Shown here: positions 63,853 to 64,000 of the stretch, piece by piece
Position numbering within the stretch: the first letter of the stretch is position 1
How the letters are laid out: every line of letters starts with the position of its first letter
NCBI GenBank assembly: GCA_013239625.1
Contig: MU053472.1
Coordinates: 3,457,410 to 3,521,409, forward strand
Direction: 5' to 3'
Source: Lama guanicoe
Lineage: Eukaryota
DNA: 64,000 nt
Program-made: the position numbers and the translations under genes
Notes under the pieces: model-generated
Seen by the model: the letters and a program-made list of their open reading frames with translations, nothing else
Told to the model about the DNA's origin: nothing
The model's database searches: none

Positions 63853-64000
63853 AAAAGAAAAATCCAACCATCCTCTCTCCCTCAAAAGGTAGATTAGTTA
63901 TAGTTAGCCAGGAAAGTGGATGTTCCATGAGGAAGAAACAGCATCTACAAAATCAGAGAGACAAGAAATAACATGTTATCTTTAGAGAATTGGAATTAAT

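Noticed and set aside
1..64000. CRISPR arrays, operons, rRNA, CpG-island promoter, naming of the host gene
   Set aside because: Eukaryotic repeat-rich DNA with no regularly spaced repeats, no CpG island of promoter size and no recognisable exon to identify a gene

Overview
Mammalian genomic DNA, AT-rich, CpG-poor and dominated by decayed repeats. It is very probably camelid (alpaca/llama/camel), judged from five copies of a tRNA-derived SINE with the Vic-1-type architecture. No protein-coding exon, RNA gene or prokaryotic-type system can be supported. Nearly all ORFs in the supplied track are frameshifted LINE-1 ORF1/ORF2 or Tigger1 transposase remnants, or their antisense shadows. Contents: many L1 insertions of different ages (mostly + strand, many with readable target-site duplications, TSDs), L2/MIR/CR1 fossils, two Tigger1 copies, MER82/MER44/MER8/MER58/MER112-like DNA elements, two solo ERV1-type LTRs and MaLR LTRs. 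The strong + strand bias of L1 suggests a long intron of a minus-strand gene (unidentified). The most interesting signals are L1-machinery 'passenger' insertions: a 1.1-kb poly(A)/TSD-flanked block of older genomic DNA inside an L1 ORF2, a polyadenylated LTR-R fragment, a 3' transduction, a tail-only insertion and a twin-priming inversion with a foreign junction piece. There is also a small CpG-rich patch with a perfect 22-bp palindrome and several candidate minus-strand cryptic/poison exons in repeat-free islands. I found no convincing novel multi-component system. Repeat family names are from memory of consensus sequences, not from a search; boundaries without TSDs are approximate.
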